From contig CM102290.1 in NCBI GenBank assembly GCA_046563655.1, positions 3,038,001-3,102,000 on the forward strand: DNA of 64,000 nt, given 5' to 3'. Of this stretch, positions 50,694 to 63,930 are shown piece after piece; the first letter of the stretch is position 1; each line of letters begins with the position of its first letter. Position numbers and translations under genes: made by a program. Source of the DNA: Yuukianura sp. NJ FZ-2021 (lineage: Eukaryota). The notes below the pieces were generated by a model that was not told the origin of the DNA, searched no databases, and was given only the letters and a program-made list of their open reading frames with translations.

Positions 50694-51064
50694 CCGTATT
50701 TCCCCGCAGATAATACGCGTGTTATCTGTGCTTTTTCGGATTTGGAATGAAGACATTTTTTTCGGAAACTAGCTCATACGAGTATAAAAATGTTTTAAAA
50801 TGCACAAAAACGAAAGTGAATTGCTTAACTCCGGTGTAATTGTTTCAAATTTTGGGAATAAGGGTTTAAAAAAAGTGATGAGAGTGTACAAATAATAGAA
50901 TAAATGTCAAGATTCTGTAAAAATCCAGTTGTATTTCTCACCAAAGGTAATGCAATATGTAAAGATTCGCGAAGATTTGCCCAACAAAATTTGTATGATC
51001 CAAATATTTTACAGTGTTATGGGAATGTATTAAACGCGGGAGCGTTATCTGCGAGAAAACACGG
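50694..51064. mobile_element. MITE family C (pogo/Tc2-like), copy 2
   Basis: TA|CCGTATTTCCCCGCAGATAA ... TTATCTGCGAGAAAACACGG|TA, with a TA duplication on both sides. Confidence 0.8.
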
Positions 51065-51646
51065 TAATAAAAAGTCAACAGTAAAAAAAAAAGTAAAAGT
51101 AAAAAGCGTGAGGCGGCGGTACTTTTCGTGCCAAAAGTTTTGATTTCTTCTCTTTATGCCACTAAGTTTATAACGACTCGTTAAAAAAACGGATCTGCAG
51201 GGGAGATTATAAGTGTTGATGCCTACTGCGGGTTGTTGGCAATGTGGGTCACGGGGTCGAGTCATAGTCATGTGAAATGGTAAACGGAATGTCAAAAACG
51301 GCATAAAATGGCGCCGTGTTGTTGTTTAATGGGTGACAGAAGAATATTGGCCCACTACTCATAATTTTCCCAGAGACTATTAGTTTCGCTAAACAAAACT
51401 TTTTTAACAATGCAGATGATGACAAGCATCCGTCTTTAACTTTGCCCTTAACATTCAAATGTAGATCGAGCTTCTTTTCAATTTCAACCAAAGTAGAGCC
51501 AAAAATGTAGCAAATAAAATAATTTTGAGCAATTCTGTTCCTCATCAAGTCAAATGACACAAAGCGTCGTCGAAAATCGTCACAATTTAAATTTTCGCGC
51601 CAATATTGTATCCTGCCAGTAACAACATTAAGTCGGTACATACAAA

Positions 51647-53939
51647 ATGCTTGAGTTAATTGTTCTACTGTTAGTCGTCAGCCAGTTATGTGCTTCTACA
51701 GAAACTTCCTGGAACTTCCATGCCCCTAACACTGAATCCGAAAATCGCCGAATTCTGAAACCCGAACCGCGATTCATTTTCCCGGACGACTCGGCATCTC
51801 ATCAAGGTCAACACGGGTCATTACTAAATGAAGAACCAACAACAGCACTAATGGAACAGGAGACTGAAAATCCAAGGAAAATGATCAATGTCTTAGAGAG
51901 TCATGCGCAGAGCCACTTTTGGGAAGAGTCGACGCCCAGTGACATGCTGGTGACATCGACATTGCAGAACTTAAAGTCGAAACTGGACGTTGCGAAAAAA
52001 GTCGTAAACGACACAGAGAGTCGTATTGTCCCGCTTGAAACAAAAGTGACTCAACTTAAACTTCAAAAGTATCCAACCATTCGACTGGGCCAAATTGTCC
52101 AGAAACTGATTTTTCCAGACTGGATATGGAAGGGGTCTGGAATAACTCACAAAATGGGTATGGCGGGAACAAATTTTGAAAATGGCGCCACGAAGAACGC
52201 TCATCTAACGACTAGCAATACTGTTCCAATTTCACGTCCCACAATTACTTTTGACAGTAACTACAGCCGCTGTAAGTTTGACAACATATAAGGTCGAATT
52301 CTTCAAAACGATTTGAACTTAAATTAAAAATATTGGAAATTTTTTATTTTTAGTTTTGAAATTATTCACAGTGGTGAAATTTAACAACACGCAGTGCTTA
52401 GGATTGAACGGTCTCTTAGGAACTTGCTACCACGTGAATGAATGCTCTGCACTAGGTGGGACCGGATCTGCCTCTTGCGCAGGCGGACTCGGAGTTTGTT
52501 GTACTTGTAAGCATCGATCTTAAATTAAGTTTTAATCGATTAACGTAGTGATTTTTACCTATTTTTCGGTAGTTACGTACAGTTGCGGCGGAATTAGTCA
52601 ACAAAATTCGTCGTATTTCGTTGATGGTGGCAATGGCAATTTCTATGCTGCTACAGGGACTAGAACATGTGCTTTCGAAATTAGGAAAATGAATACGTTT
52701 GTTAATCAAATCAGATTGGATTTTGAAATATTTTCGGTAAAAATCAAATTTCAATTTCCAATTTTCCAAATCCTAACTCGAAACCTGACTTTTCAACATT
52801 AAAGTTACAGCAACCGAACGCTGGAAATTGTGACACAGATCGGTTCGTCGTTTCCGGTCAGAACGTCAACAATGTGATTCCGATTTTGTGCGGAGACAAC
52901 AACGGAACACATAGTAAGCAACTGGAACAATTCTTCTTGCAGTGAACATGACCCCTGCATTTTGGCCATTTCTAGCCAAGCCAAAACCTAGCAATCGTCT
53001 AACCTAACTTTACTTTTGCTTTTTCAGTGTATGTTGAGGCTTGGGGAGCCGGGAACGTACAATTGTCAGTGATTATCAGTGGGGCAGGTTTTCGAAAATG
53101 GCGGATCAAAATTACGCAAGGAGACGTTCGCACACTTTCCAGTCCGCCGTCATACTGTCTTCAAAATGAACGTGGAGTTGTGGGAACACTGAACAGTTTC
53201 AACTACAATTCACATTCACCACAGTACTTGGTAAGATTCAGTCTTAGTTTCAGTTACTTCGCAGCAACTAATTGATAATTTGATCTTCAGAACAACTTAA
53301 ACTACGTCATCTGTATCCAGAAAGTTCCAGGGTTCTGTAGTATTACGTTTACGAATAGCGCACTCAACGGAACTATCAAACCTTTCCAAATCGTCAACGC
53401 CAACGGTACGTTATAGCTCGCGTTATTTCCCGGGAAATACGTTAATCCAAGTCAGCGGTTGACAGTGACACTTCATGAGTAGTTTCCTTTTGTAGAGAAT
53501 GGAGACTTGGTGATACCAAGTGGACAAGCAGGAATCGGTACAAAGATTATCTAAAAATTAGAAATTATGGAAAGTATCTTAGATCTTTCAATCGCCAATT
53601 GCCATCACATAGTAATTAATTACGACATTTTTCAAAGGAATGAGAGACTGCCCCTTCGACTACATTCTGATTAACGGAAATCGTTTGTGTGGTGACCGAT
53701 TCAACGACGGTGTATCAGCTGATACCCCAGTAATTGTTGATGCTCCTGTGACAGGCAAGAAACGTTTGTTCAAACTAACCCCTAATCAAGACTTAACTAA
53801 TCAAGGGTTAATTGCTAATTTAGATTTCAGCAATGGCCCATTTATCATAACTGTAAGAACAAATGAACTTGATGTTGGTGGAGGATTTTACTTGTTCTAT
53901 ACACAAAATCCATGTATTCCAACGGTAACGATCGGCTAA
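51647..53939 (+). CDS. Secreted arthropod-type CUB-domain protein, paralog 1
   Basis: Signal peptide MLELIVLLLVVSQLCAS. Cys motif GTCYHVNECSALGGTGSASCAGGLGVCC. CUB-like segments QIRLDFEIFS, CDTDRFVV, ILCGDNNGTH, WRIKITQ, SFNY, CPFDYILING.RLCG. Confidence 0.85.
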
Positions 53940-54786
53940 GCAGCTTAAGGTCAACACAACTGAAAGTAACAGCTGTTGTAATCAGCTGATCAATTTCAAT
54001 TAACTTACTTAATTCCAATTGATTTCCGCAAGAACTTGACCAATGTAAGTTCGTCTTCCCGGGTCACCGAACATTAGCCGCGTCGATTCCTTTTAACTGT
54101 ACGTTTATAACTAAGGAATTAATTGATGATTAATGGATATTCGTGAAACTTCAAAATTTTATAAACTTAGATGTTGGAAATTTCAAATTTTCATAACAAA
54201 ACAATCTTCGTACAAATATACTTTCAAAAATTTTGTGGATTTGGCCGCTCTTTTTCGGATTCTCACTTGGATAAACCCTAATCGCCTCCTCATTTTCACA
54301 TTTGCTAGAAATTAGTTTATTATTTTATTGAATTATTTAAATAAGGTTAAAATTGTTTTAAAATGTTTAAAATTTTGCATTTAATTCTGTTATTTAAATA
54401 TAGCTTGTTACATTGGCTATTAGTTTTGTAGTAATGTTGAAAGTTCAGAGTTAAAAACTGAAAGCTTTTTAACACCGCGCATCCTCGTTAATTTTCTTGA
54501 CTATTTTAAGGGAGAATTTGGGTTAAGACATGAATACATGAAAATGTGGACCAATCACCAAAATTACAAATTGAAATTTTGCAAATGTATGGATTTTTTT
54601 TGAAGTTAAGAATTGAATTTGAGATTTTCGAAAGGAAGACGAAGGCATTTGAATGCCAAAAGAAAAACCATTGTCACTCGTCCCTTTGACGTTGACAGAA
54701 GCCGGAAAGTAAATTTCTAAAAAAGAGTTTTTTAGAAAATTCAAGATTTTTCGAGATTAAAGGCAGTTTTCTATTTTAGAAAGAAA

Positions 54787-56787
54787 ATGAATAGAAACCG
54801 CCACATTTTTTCGAACTGTTTTTGGAATCAAGGTCACAATTTCACGCTGACCTTCATTTTTGTTTTTGTGTCTCTGGGTCAATCGTTTGGAATTTTTGTT
54901 CAAAATAATCCTAGCAGCATCTCGGCTCAAAATTCATTTGAAAAATCAGTAGGATTCGAACGGAACGCAAATCAATCCTACAGAGAAGCCAGAAAGTCAG
55001 GTATTGACCTTGACCTCTGTTGACCTTTGACCTTTGTGCATTTTTGGTTTGTATTGACAGTGGTTTCTGGCGGGCTTTTTACTTTGATTTCGTTTGAAAA
55101 CGTTCCGTGCAATGCCACGACGGGAGACATCGGCCTCTGTTACTCTGCCCGCGAATGTACAAATTTAGGTGGAACGGCCAGTGGAAATTGTGCTGGAAAC
55201 TACGGCGTCTGTTGCGTCGGTCTCTACTTCAACTAACTTTTTAAAATTAAAAATTCAAATTTTAATTTTTTCAAAAATTGTTTAATACACTTTTCAAAAT
55301 TTTAGTAACTGCCACCTGTGGAGCAACTGTGACATTGAACAATACATATTTTGTGAATCCGGCCTACCCGGCCTCAAACGCCGGACCACTGGCTTGTTCA
55401 ATAACAATTCCCAAATTAGCTGGGGTAAATTTTAAAATTTAAATTTTTTCAAATCTTCGATTTTAAAATTTTGTCAAAATTTGGAGTTTTTGATGCCATT
55501 TGCTTTTGAAATGACCTCTAGGCGTCTCAATTGTACTTGGAATATTCAACATTTAGTCTTCTTGGGCCCACCCTCGGAGCATGTACAAACGATTCCTTTA
55601 CTATTACTGTATCTGGTGGGGCAACTACTACTAGATACCCTGTCCTCTGCGGAGTAATCGATGCAGGAACAATGGGTAATCAAAACCACTCTTTTTCAAA
55701 TTTCTTTTGTCAATTTTCAAAAAAAAAGTTGTCAAAATGCAAAATATTTGCTTTCACCCTCCCTCACGACGCGATTGAGTGATGGGAGTTTTGCGTGTTT
55801 TTTGAACCATTAAATCACAAAGAAAAAGAAATTGTGCCAAGGCTCTCACAGCTCAGCCCACTTCAAATTATACACAATGTACTTGGACTAAAACCAATTA
55901 TAACATGAATCATAACGGTATTAATTATACAAAATTTCAAACTTGGCGCTTATTTGTTACGTTCAAAATCTGACCTTTGGCCTTCTGAAGCCAAAGATCA
56001 ACTTAAAATTCTTGAGAAGAGGTTAAAATAAACTAATTTGATTTTTTTTTTCATTTTTGAAAAGAGTACATAAATTTGGCAACTGCTGCTGGTCCAGTGA
56101 CGCTAACGGTGATACTTGCGGCAAATTCAAATTTAAGATTTTGGAAAATCCGATTGGTCCAGTTCAAACCGGGAGACTTCTGCGCCGCTCCAACTGGTTG
56201 TAACGAGGTCAGTTAAAGTTCGGGGTCTTTGGCCTTCTCAAATTTTGAAAAATTTTGATCATACTGGTTTAGTTTTTTACGAAAAAAATTTCGGTTTGAC
56301 AGTACTACCGCAGCATCTCAGGAACTCTTGATTCGTACAACTTCAATGGAGGTCAGGGTCAACTGCTCAACAATTACTGCATTACAATTTGCTTTCAACC
56401 GCATTCTGGCTACTGCAACCTACTCCTCACTGAAGTTAATTTTATGTTAACAGGTTAGTTAAAGTTAAAATTTTAATTTTAAATTAACTTAAAAAAAATT
56501 TGAACATTAGGAATTTCGCCAAGTGACTGTCTTAATGACTACTTTCTGATAAACGGTGTCAAATTCTGTGGCGACACTTTTAACAACGGAATGGTCCAAG
56601 GTACTGTTGTTCAATTTTTAGTCAAAAATCAATTAATTTGAGTGTTAATTACTAAATTGTTGTTCCAGTTAATCAAACTACACCAGGAGCAGGAATATCC
56701 ATACAATTTTGTTCTGGAACGAGTCATCCAGATATGGATTTAGGCTACAATTTGAACTATAACCTCCTTCCATGTGCATCAGGATAA
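54787..56787 (+). CDS. Secreted arthropod-type CUB-domain protein, paralog 2
   Basis: Peptides: LFTLISFENVPC...GLCYSARECTNLGGTASGNCAGNYGVCCV, NNTYFVNPAYP, CTNDSFTI, YPVLCG, APTGCNE/YY, CLNDYFLINGVKFCG. The start exon is uncertain. Confidence 0.82.
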
Positions 56788-57433
56788 TTCAAAAATTATA
56801 TTTAAAATTAATTGTTTACTTAATTTATAAAGTGCTGCAACGCGCTTTTTCAATTCCAAAATTTTAATATTCAACTCACCAAAAAAAGTTTCCGGTCCAC
56901 GCACTGGATCGAGTTTTCCAAATTCCAAACAACTCAATTTTTATGAATTTTTAAACTTACCTTGAATCCAACACGAACATGGCCAATTCTTAACTAATTT
57001 TGAAAAACAAAGGCAAAAGATGACATTTGGCATAAACTTTTACATTGTGTCACGACATGGTCCATTTTTTACTTTTTAAACATAACGCTAGTTTGCTATT
57101 TAATAAAAACACGACAGTTTATTTGCATGATTTCATTTTATTCAGGAATTGTGTGAAATCGTACTAAAAATGGTGAGCATTTTCCTAAGCATTATGAAAA
57201 TTGAGCCCATTTGTTCAAATCGTTCAGTCAAATCATGTTTCTTGTTGGTTTTCTATATTGTTACAGTTAGTTAAAGGACAATTCAATTTGGGATAAAATT
57301 TTGAAAGAAATGAAAGTAAGTTAACATTTAATTGGTTTTGGACGGACGTTATAATTTACCTTTAGAAGTTTTCGTTCCCTTGGTTCATGCTTGATTTACG
57401 TCGTTGGTTTTTAAGGTCATGGACTCATTGATT

Positions 57434-58943
57434 TCACACAGACGACTTTTCACTCTGCGCTTGCGCAGCTTCCTTTTCGCGCTTCAATTTCATATTTTCC
57501 AGTTCAACCATCAATTGATCCTTCCAGTCCGTAGGGTGCTCCTTGTACTCAACAGCCTTTGCAATTGCCTCCTTGAAAAGCTAACAAATTTTTAAAAGTT
57601 AAAAAATTGGGAAATTTTGAAATGAAATTACACAAATTAACAAAGTTGAACAACAATAGTTTTAAAAACGTACTTTGACGACATTGGTCCCATCCGAGGC
57701 AGAAACGTAGTACAGGGGAAGGTCATTTTTCTCAGCAAAGGCAAAAGAGCGTTTCGTAACTTCCATGTCAGCTAAAACAAAATAAATTATTTTGTGTAAT
57801 TAACTAATTGAGTATTAGTTTATTTGTTGACCCGGTTTGCGGAAGTTTTGTGACGATGGAACTCGAATAAAAGTTTCCTGGTCATTAGCACGAAAACAAT
57901 AATCGCGAATTCCACAAGTTGGCAACACTGAAGCCACATTACCATTGAAATGTAACCCACTTTTAATTTAACCTACACCCCAATAAGATTACCCTCCACT
58001 ATTGCCAACTTTCTGAATTCGCGTTTATTGTTTTCGCACGAATGACCAAATACGGAAGAATCTATAAGAAGTGAAACTAATCTAAAATAATAATTACAGA
58101 AAATAATTACCGTCAATTTTGTTGACAGCCAAGAGGCAAGGTATTTCTGGACGGTATTCCCTGAGCTCCTTGTACCAAATACTAAGATTCTTGTAGGTGA
58201 CCTTCCGAGTTGCGTCAAAGACCATGACGCAGGCATGCGCTTGATGGTAGTACGACGGATGGAGGGAGGAAAAACGTTCTTGTCCTGCTGTGTCCCAAAA
58301 ATCTGAACAACAGTTTTGAAACATCCTTCTTGAAAATTATGAAACATGGAAAAGCAAGTTTGATTTTGAATTTACCGATATAAACTGGCTTGAAATTGAC
58401 GTACGTCTTGTGTGTAAAAATTGTAAGAGCAAATGTCGAAAGTTGCTTGGGTTTAAACGAATCTTGTAGAAATCTTTCCATGAGCTATAGAGAATTGACA
58501 GTATCCAACAGGTTAAGCACTTGTTCGATTATCAATTACTTTTAAAAAGTTAATTTACACTGTAAAATATAATTGTAATATAGTTGTACCTTGCTCTTTC
58601 CCACGGCACTGTCTCCGAGGCAGATGATTTTGACCTGAATGGCATCCGCTGGAATTTCTTCGTCAAAATGTTCGAGTCCAGTGACTTTTGGAGTCAAACG
58701 GATCTCACCGTTGCCAACCGGAGATGCCCGCTTGTGGACTGGTGACTCCTTGTTGCCCGGCGACCCGTTCTCGCTAGACGGCTCCTTGCTTGTGTCAACT
58801 TTGACCTGCTCGTGACGACGTTCTTCCGGCGGGACGTCCATGCCCATCGACAGCCGTTTATGCTGTGACTTGTTTGAGGTGGAGGATCGTGATGGCTTCA
58901 ATGGCTTTTTTCGCCCATGGTGGAATCGATCCACTTTCTCCAT
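57434..58943 (-). CDS. RABL2: Rab-like protein 2 small GTPase
   Basis: Peptides: VKIICLGDSAVGKSK|LMERFL, KQLSTFALT, DFWDTAGQERFSSLHPSYYHQAHAC, YKELREYRPEIPCLLAVNKID, PLYYVSASDGTNVVK|LF. Confidence 0.95.
57879..58048. mobile_element. MITE family A, copy 2 (in a RABL2 intron, reversed orientation)
   Basis: ~52-bp imperfect IRs, TGGTCATTAGCACGAAAACAAT...GTTGGCAACACTG / CACTATTGCCAAC...GAATGACCA. The core is homologous to 16655-16832. Confidence 0.75.
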
Positions 58944-59089
58944 AATCCCAACGACCACACTTTCTCTATGGAATTTGTGATGATGAAGGTGATGGAAGGG
59001 GAACGCTCTGGTAATCAAATGTCAAAAACCTATAGAACTATTCATAACGATTTGAATTGATGGATGGGAGACATAGAAAAACAATGGCC

Positions 59090-59103
59090 GTGTCCATGGA
59101 AAC
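59090..59103. promoter_or_regulatory. RFX X-box upstream of RABL2
   Basis: GTGTCCATGGAAAC (GTTTCCATGGACAC on the minus strand), a 14-bp X-box about 150 bp upstream of the ATG. Confidence 0.65.
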
Positions 59104-60094
59104 TGGACTTTTATTTAGTACAAAAATTTCAAACACGTTCTCCATGCACATGTCCTCATCAGCGACTTCGGTAAAAAATTTAAAATTAAATTAGCTTGGC
59201 ACAAAAATTAGCGACTTCAAAAATATTTTTTTTTAAATTTGCTTTAAAACAAGGTAAAAATGCCTTCTGCAACTTTGTTTTTCAATTTTTTGTTTATGAT
59301 TAATTTAAAATTATTTTTAAATTGGCGTCTTGAAGTAAAACGTGATAAAAAGACTGAAACGCACAAGTGCTATCAGTAACGAATGAAACCGTTGATTAAA
59401 TTTAAACATTTACGTTTACATTACGTCCAAATTGTCGCCCTAATAAAGTTATTAAAATCATTGACTACGTTGCCTTGATTGCTCTTTTACAGAGGTCAAA
59501 GGTGAAGTCGCGCTTACGCTATTGTGTTTTAAATATGATAGTCTGTAGTAGGGTATGAAGAGACAAATTCGCTGTTGATAAGAAAGCGCGCGGTTTTACA
59601 TCGAACATTTTCAACAGCTGTTGTCTGTCTGTCAATTGCGATTTGCGAGCCACGTAAGTAAAACACGTAACGTTAAATTAGTAAGATAAGCGTAATTTAC
59701 TCATTGCGAATTATTTAGTTAATTAGCCAAGAAGACTAGAACTGAGAGTCGTCGACAGGTTACATCCCGGCGGGATGACCCAGGAGGTAGTTACAGGTCA
59801 ACTGGCATCGCTGTTTGGTGGATGACGATTTTTCTGAGGTAGGAAAATAAAATGAACCAATAACTGGTTTTTCCCATATGGAAACAGGTTTTCCTCTACC
59901 GCCACGAAGGTCATTCACATGAAAATTCAAATCGTGTTTGCTAACTTGGAAGAAAGCTGTTTGATTGTGATCATTTTTCCTTTTCTTTACTTTTACAGGA
60001 AGGTTAATTCATGGTGGTGGACATTTGAAATTGATCTGACCTCTGGAATCTCAGTGGACCAAGTCATTTGGAATCTCTGCAAATATTGGCTAAC

Positions 60095-62000
60095 ATGGAA
60101 GGCATTGTGCTTGATATAGAAGATGTAGTTCCATGGCAGTATCGTGCGGAAGGGAATGCCAACATTGTTATTGCCTTACCTCATGTAAGTCTACTGCTGA
60201 TTACATATTCTTTAATTAAACTGTAAGTTGCCTAACCTAACCGGTAAATCATCTGAGTGTGACAATGTTTTGAACTTTTTGGTAGCGAGGACAAGTCTTG
60301 CGCCTTCCTAAAGTCAAAGTAGGAACGGAATCTCAGGAGGACAATAACTGGGACCAGTATCGAAAAAGATTACAAAGAGAAGTTTCCTTCTCAAACAACG
60401 TCTTCGCAAAGTTGATTAGTCAAGAGTACATGGGTACTGCGGAAATAGTTCATCTCAGCCCGTCGCTAATGACAGAGTTGAATCTACACCTCGAAGCTGT
60501 AAGGCCGGGTAAAGTCTACTTCGTTAAACGTCTGCCTGTAACAATTACTAGTTGTAAACGGAATTAAATATTTTTAGCCCATCGATGTCACAAAGGTCTT
60601 GGAGTTCCCGTCGCAACATGTCGTCCGGATTTTACCAGAATCGATTCAGCTTCAATAGGTCAGCGTGTCATTAACTACTGCGTAGAAATCAAACCAAAGA
60701 AGGGTTGGTGGGTTGAAGTACCTGATGGTGATCATACTCCCAATGTCTGTACGTTTTGCATGACCCAATTTTTAAAGGTACTTCGCCTATTATAAACATT
60801 CGCCATCTTTTGTTACTCCGTATTGTCAGTTTTCTCTTATTGTCACTAGCTGAAGTTAGGCAGAACGTCTCGCCGATCGGCCTATTGCCCGCTCGACCTC
60901 TTCTCTGGGTACATCCACAATTGAATTTGCAACAAAACATCAATTCTAAAGATATTTGGACTGCGACTTTAGTTCCCATTCTTCTCAGGGACCCAGTTCG
61001 TGTGGTTGATGCTCTAGTTGCCTTGACTCAGCATCCACAAAACAATTTGAGAATCTTCCGTGTAAGCTTTTATACATCTTTTCTAAAGCGCTTTCTAAAT
61101 CTCATTTTGAACAACTTCAGAACGGAGATTTGGTTTATGGTGACGTCGTGTCTGACAGTGAATCTCTGGAGGCAGTTCTTTCTGAGTGGTTTCCAGCGCA
61201 GGATTCGTCGGTGGCTTATCCGTTTAATCTCGCTCAAATGCAAGTGAACGTTGACAAAAGTAAATGTTGTCGTCAATTCGTTTTCAACAATTTTTCAATT
61301 TCCATGTTTTTTGTGCAGGAATCTCAATAACTTCCTGTACATTCTCTCCGCCTCTCTCTTGAAGCCGGGCCGAAGAGCCAGTATTGATAGTCGTGCACCA
61401 GAGATGGAAGCCTACGCAGACGTTATGCTAAAAGTGAAAAAGATATTAGCCGAAGGACTACATCTCTCACCGAGAGTACGCGAACCAAGAGCAGCATGCA
61501 GGGCAAGGCGGAAACGCTTGGCACCAGGATCTATTCTCTCTCGGGTTTTGATGGCACAAATCACAGGAATGTGTCACGGAACAGAAGCAATCTACAGTAT
61601 ATACCACAAGTTCTGTCCAGTACATTCATCACAAGAGGGGGAAATTGTTGGTAGCTGTCCCAGTCGAGACTGTCTGGTTGACGACATTTGGTTGGACGAA
61701 GTTAAAACTAGGCCGAGTGCCAAGGAAATAACTATGGTACATGATTATTTGGTGGCTGCTACAGCTAAAGATTGCTCCTTAATGATCACATTCTGCGTAC
61801 TAGAAGATGATTTGATTAAGAGTGACACAGTGGTTGACCTTAACGGGACGAAACATGAAGTCAAGATTGCCGTGGCTGATGTAGATCCTAAACCCGTGAC
61901 TTGTATTGCACGACACTATGTGGCTGAAAGGGATATGCTTGAAGCATATCATGAGCTCTCCACAAATCATGGAGTCATAAATGGCCATCACAAGGAATAA
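60095..62000 (+). CDS. IPPK: Inositol-pentakisphosphate 2-kinase (Ipk1), multi-exon
   Basis: Motifs: WQYRAEGNANIV, CVEIKPKKGW, CTFCMTQ, YCPLDLFSG, PQNNLRIF, YLVAATAKDCSLMI, DVDPKP. Confidence 0.93.
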
Positions 62001-62181
62001 AAGAAAAATATCCCTTTTAGCCTAAGTTGAATTTTAGTTAATTTTAGAAAAAAAGTAAAAATTCCTTACTAGATTTTTGGAGTGACAGAAACCGTAATAT
62101 ATTTTGGCATTCAGTATCCAGGTACTTGTGTTGTGATGGAAGTGTAATTGTAATGGTAAATATTTGTCATGCTTTGGTCCT

Positions 62182-63930
62182 TTAGTCCCAGTCGTCATCT
62201 TCTGACAAATTCCCGGTACGGGAATCGAAGGAGTCGTCATTGACGGGGATGGGAATGCTGGAAGCCATTTTCTTCATGATGTCTCCGATTCCGGTTCCCT
62301 TGTTAGTGTCATTGATCCCAGAAATACCCTGAACCGTAACATAGTCATCAAAACGTTAATCAACATGGAACAGCATCTTTAGCTGCTTGACAATACATGA
62401 CAACTTACCCGACGACGCATGGCCAACGAATTCTTCAAATCCTCCAACAAATCACCTCCTGTTCCAGCAGCTTCTTTCTTTGGCCCATTAGTACTTGCTG
62501 GAGTTGCGTTCTTAGCTGACTTGAGCTTGGATTTCCCGCCAGCATCTCGAATGGCTGCCATAAGAGTAGATCTCATGTCTACATTTCCCCCTGCTGGTTC
62601 TTGTCGGATGACTGTCGGTGGGGCAGTAGCAATGGTGGCTTGTTCCTCTGGTCGACCAACAGTTGGGGGTGGTGGAGGAGGAGGTGGGGCAGGGAATACT
62701 TGAGCCAAGGTTGGAAAAGGTTGTTTCGGTGGTGTATGTTCAGGGTTTGCATCGGAGAGTAAGAAAGCAGGCATCGGTGGAGGTGGCGGTGGGATAAATG
62801 CTGGTTTGTCCTGAAGCTGTTCTGGAGGTGAGTGGGATGGTCTAACTGGTTCTGGTTCTTTCACATATTGAGATGGTATTGGCGTAGGAGTGGTTGACCT
62901 TTGAGTAGCACTGACGTCCAAAGTATTGAAATGAATTGTCTCCGAAAGTCCTGAGAAAAATAATCTCGTCAAAATCAAGAAATACACAATAAAGTCATAT
63001 AGAAAACAACAGTAAATTGATAAAAACTGCAATTGATGTGTCACCTGGTAAAGACGGAAGATGCTCTGGAAGGTCAATTTGAGGAATTTGAACTGATGAA
63101 GGATAGTAATAGAAGTCGTCCAGTTCGTCACCATTGTTGCTTTGCGACGTTTCATCAGTCTTGGTCACATCTTTCCGACTCGCTTCTGCTAAAGTTTGGT
63201 TAGCAGAGCTCACTTTATGCCGAGCGCCTTTGGTACTGGTACTGGCGCTACTTCCATCCGATACAATGTAGTTTTGATATCTATAAAAACAAAACCACTA
63301 GCAAATAAATGACTTACGGATGATGAATTTTTATGTTAAGTTAATATTTACTCACGGGTTAACGTGGGTATTGAAAAGAAAATAACTGTCCAGGAATTCA
63401 AGCTCTTCCGGTGGATTTCCTAAACCAAGCTCATATTTGGTACCGAGTTGAGATAGACTGGAGGCCTTGGCATAGTTCAAGTCGCGCACTCGATAGTACT
63501 GCAGGAGTTCGTCCATGTGTTTCACCGGAGAGTCGTACAAAATACGTTTGCTTTTTATTCTGGACAAAAAGTCGTCAGCAGTATCTCGAATTTCTCGTTC
63601 GTTTCCAAGTGGCCGAAGAAGAATAATTGGAAATTGTTGCGGCTTTTCTACGGATTCTCCTTCTGGAAACTTGGCCGGAGATACGATATGAATAAGCTTC
63701 GGTGAATTTTTGAAATTGGATACTTTTGTTGCCGCAGCAGTAACTCGTGTCCTCAATGCAGCAACCTCAGTATTCTGACTTCTGATTCTTTCCTGGATTC
63801 TGCCGAATATCTCGTCTGTAATGGCACTAAGGTGATCCAACGCTGACACCATTTCAAATACGACTTCTTCACGGTGACAATTGGCCGGAACCAGCCGAAC
63901 GTTATACTTTTCGCCTCCTTTGACTTTCAT
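62182..63930 (-). CDS. WASHC1: WASH complex subunit 1
   Basis: WAHD-like N-terminus (SPAKFP; SYFLFNTHVNP), then FYYYP.VQIPQIDLPEHLPSLPG, a polyproline region, WH2 (RSTLMAAIRDAGG), central (GGDLLEDLKNSLAMRRRGISG) and an acidic DDDWD end. Confidence 0.94.

Noticed and set aside
57434..63930. RABL2-WASH proximity mirroring human RABL2A/WASH2P
   Set aside because: The human adjacency reflects recent subtelomeric duplication and chromosome 2 fusion, so it is most likely coincidental.
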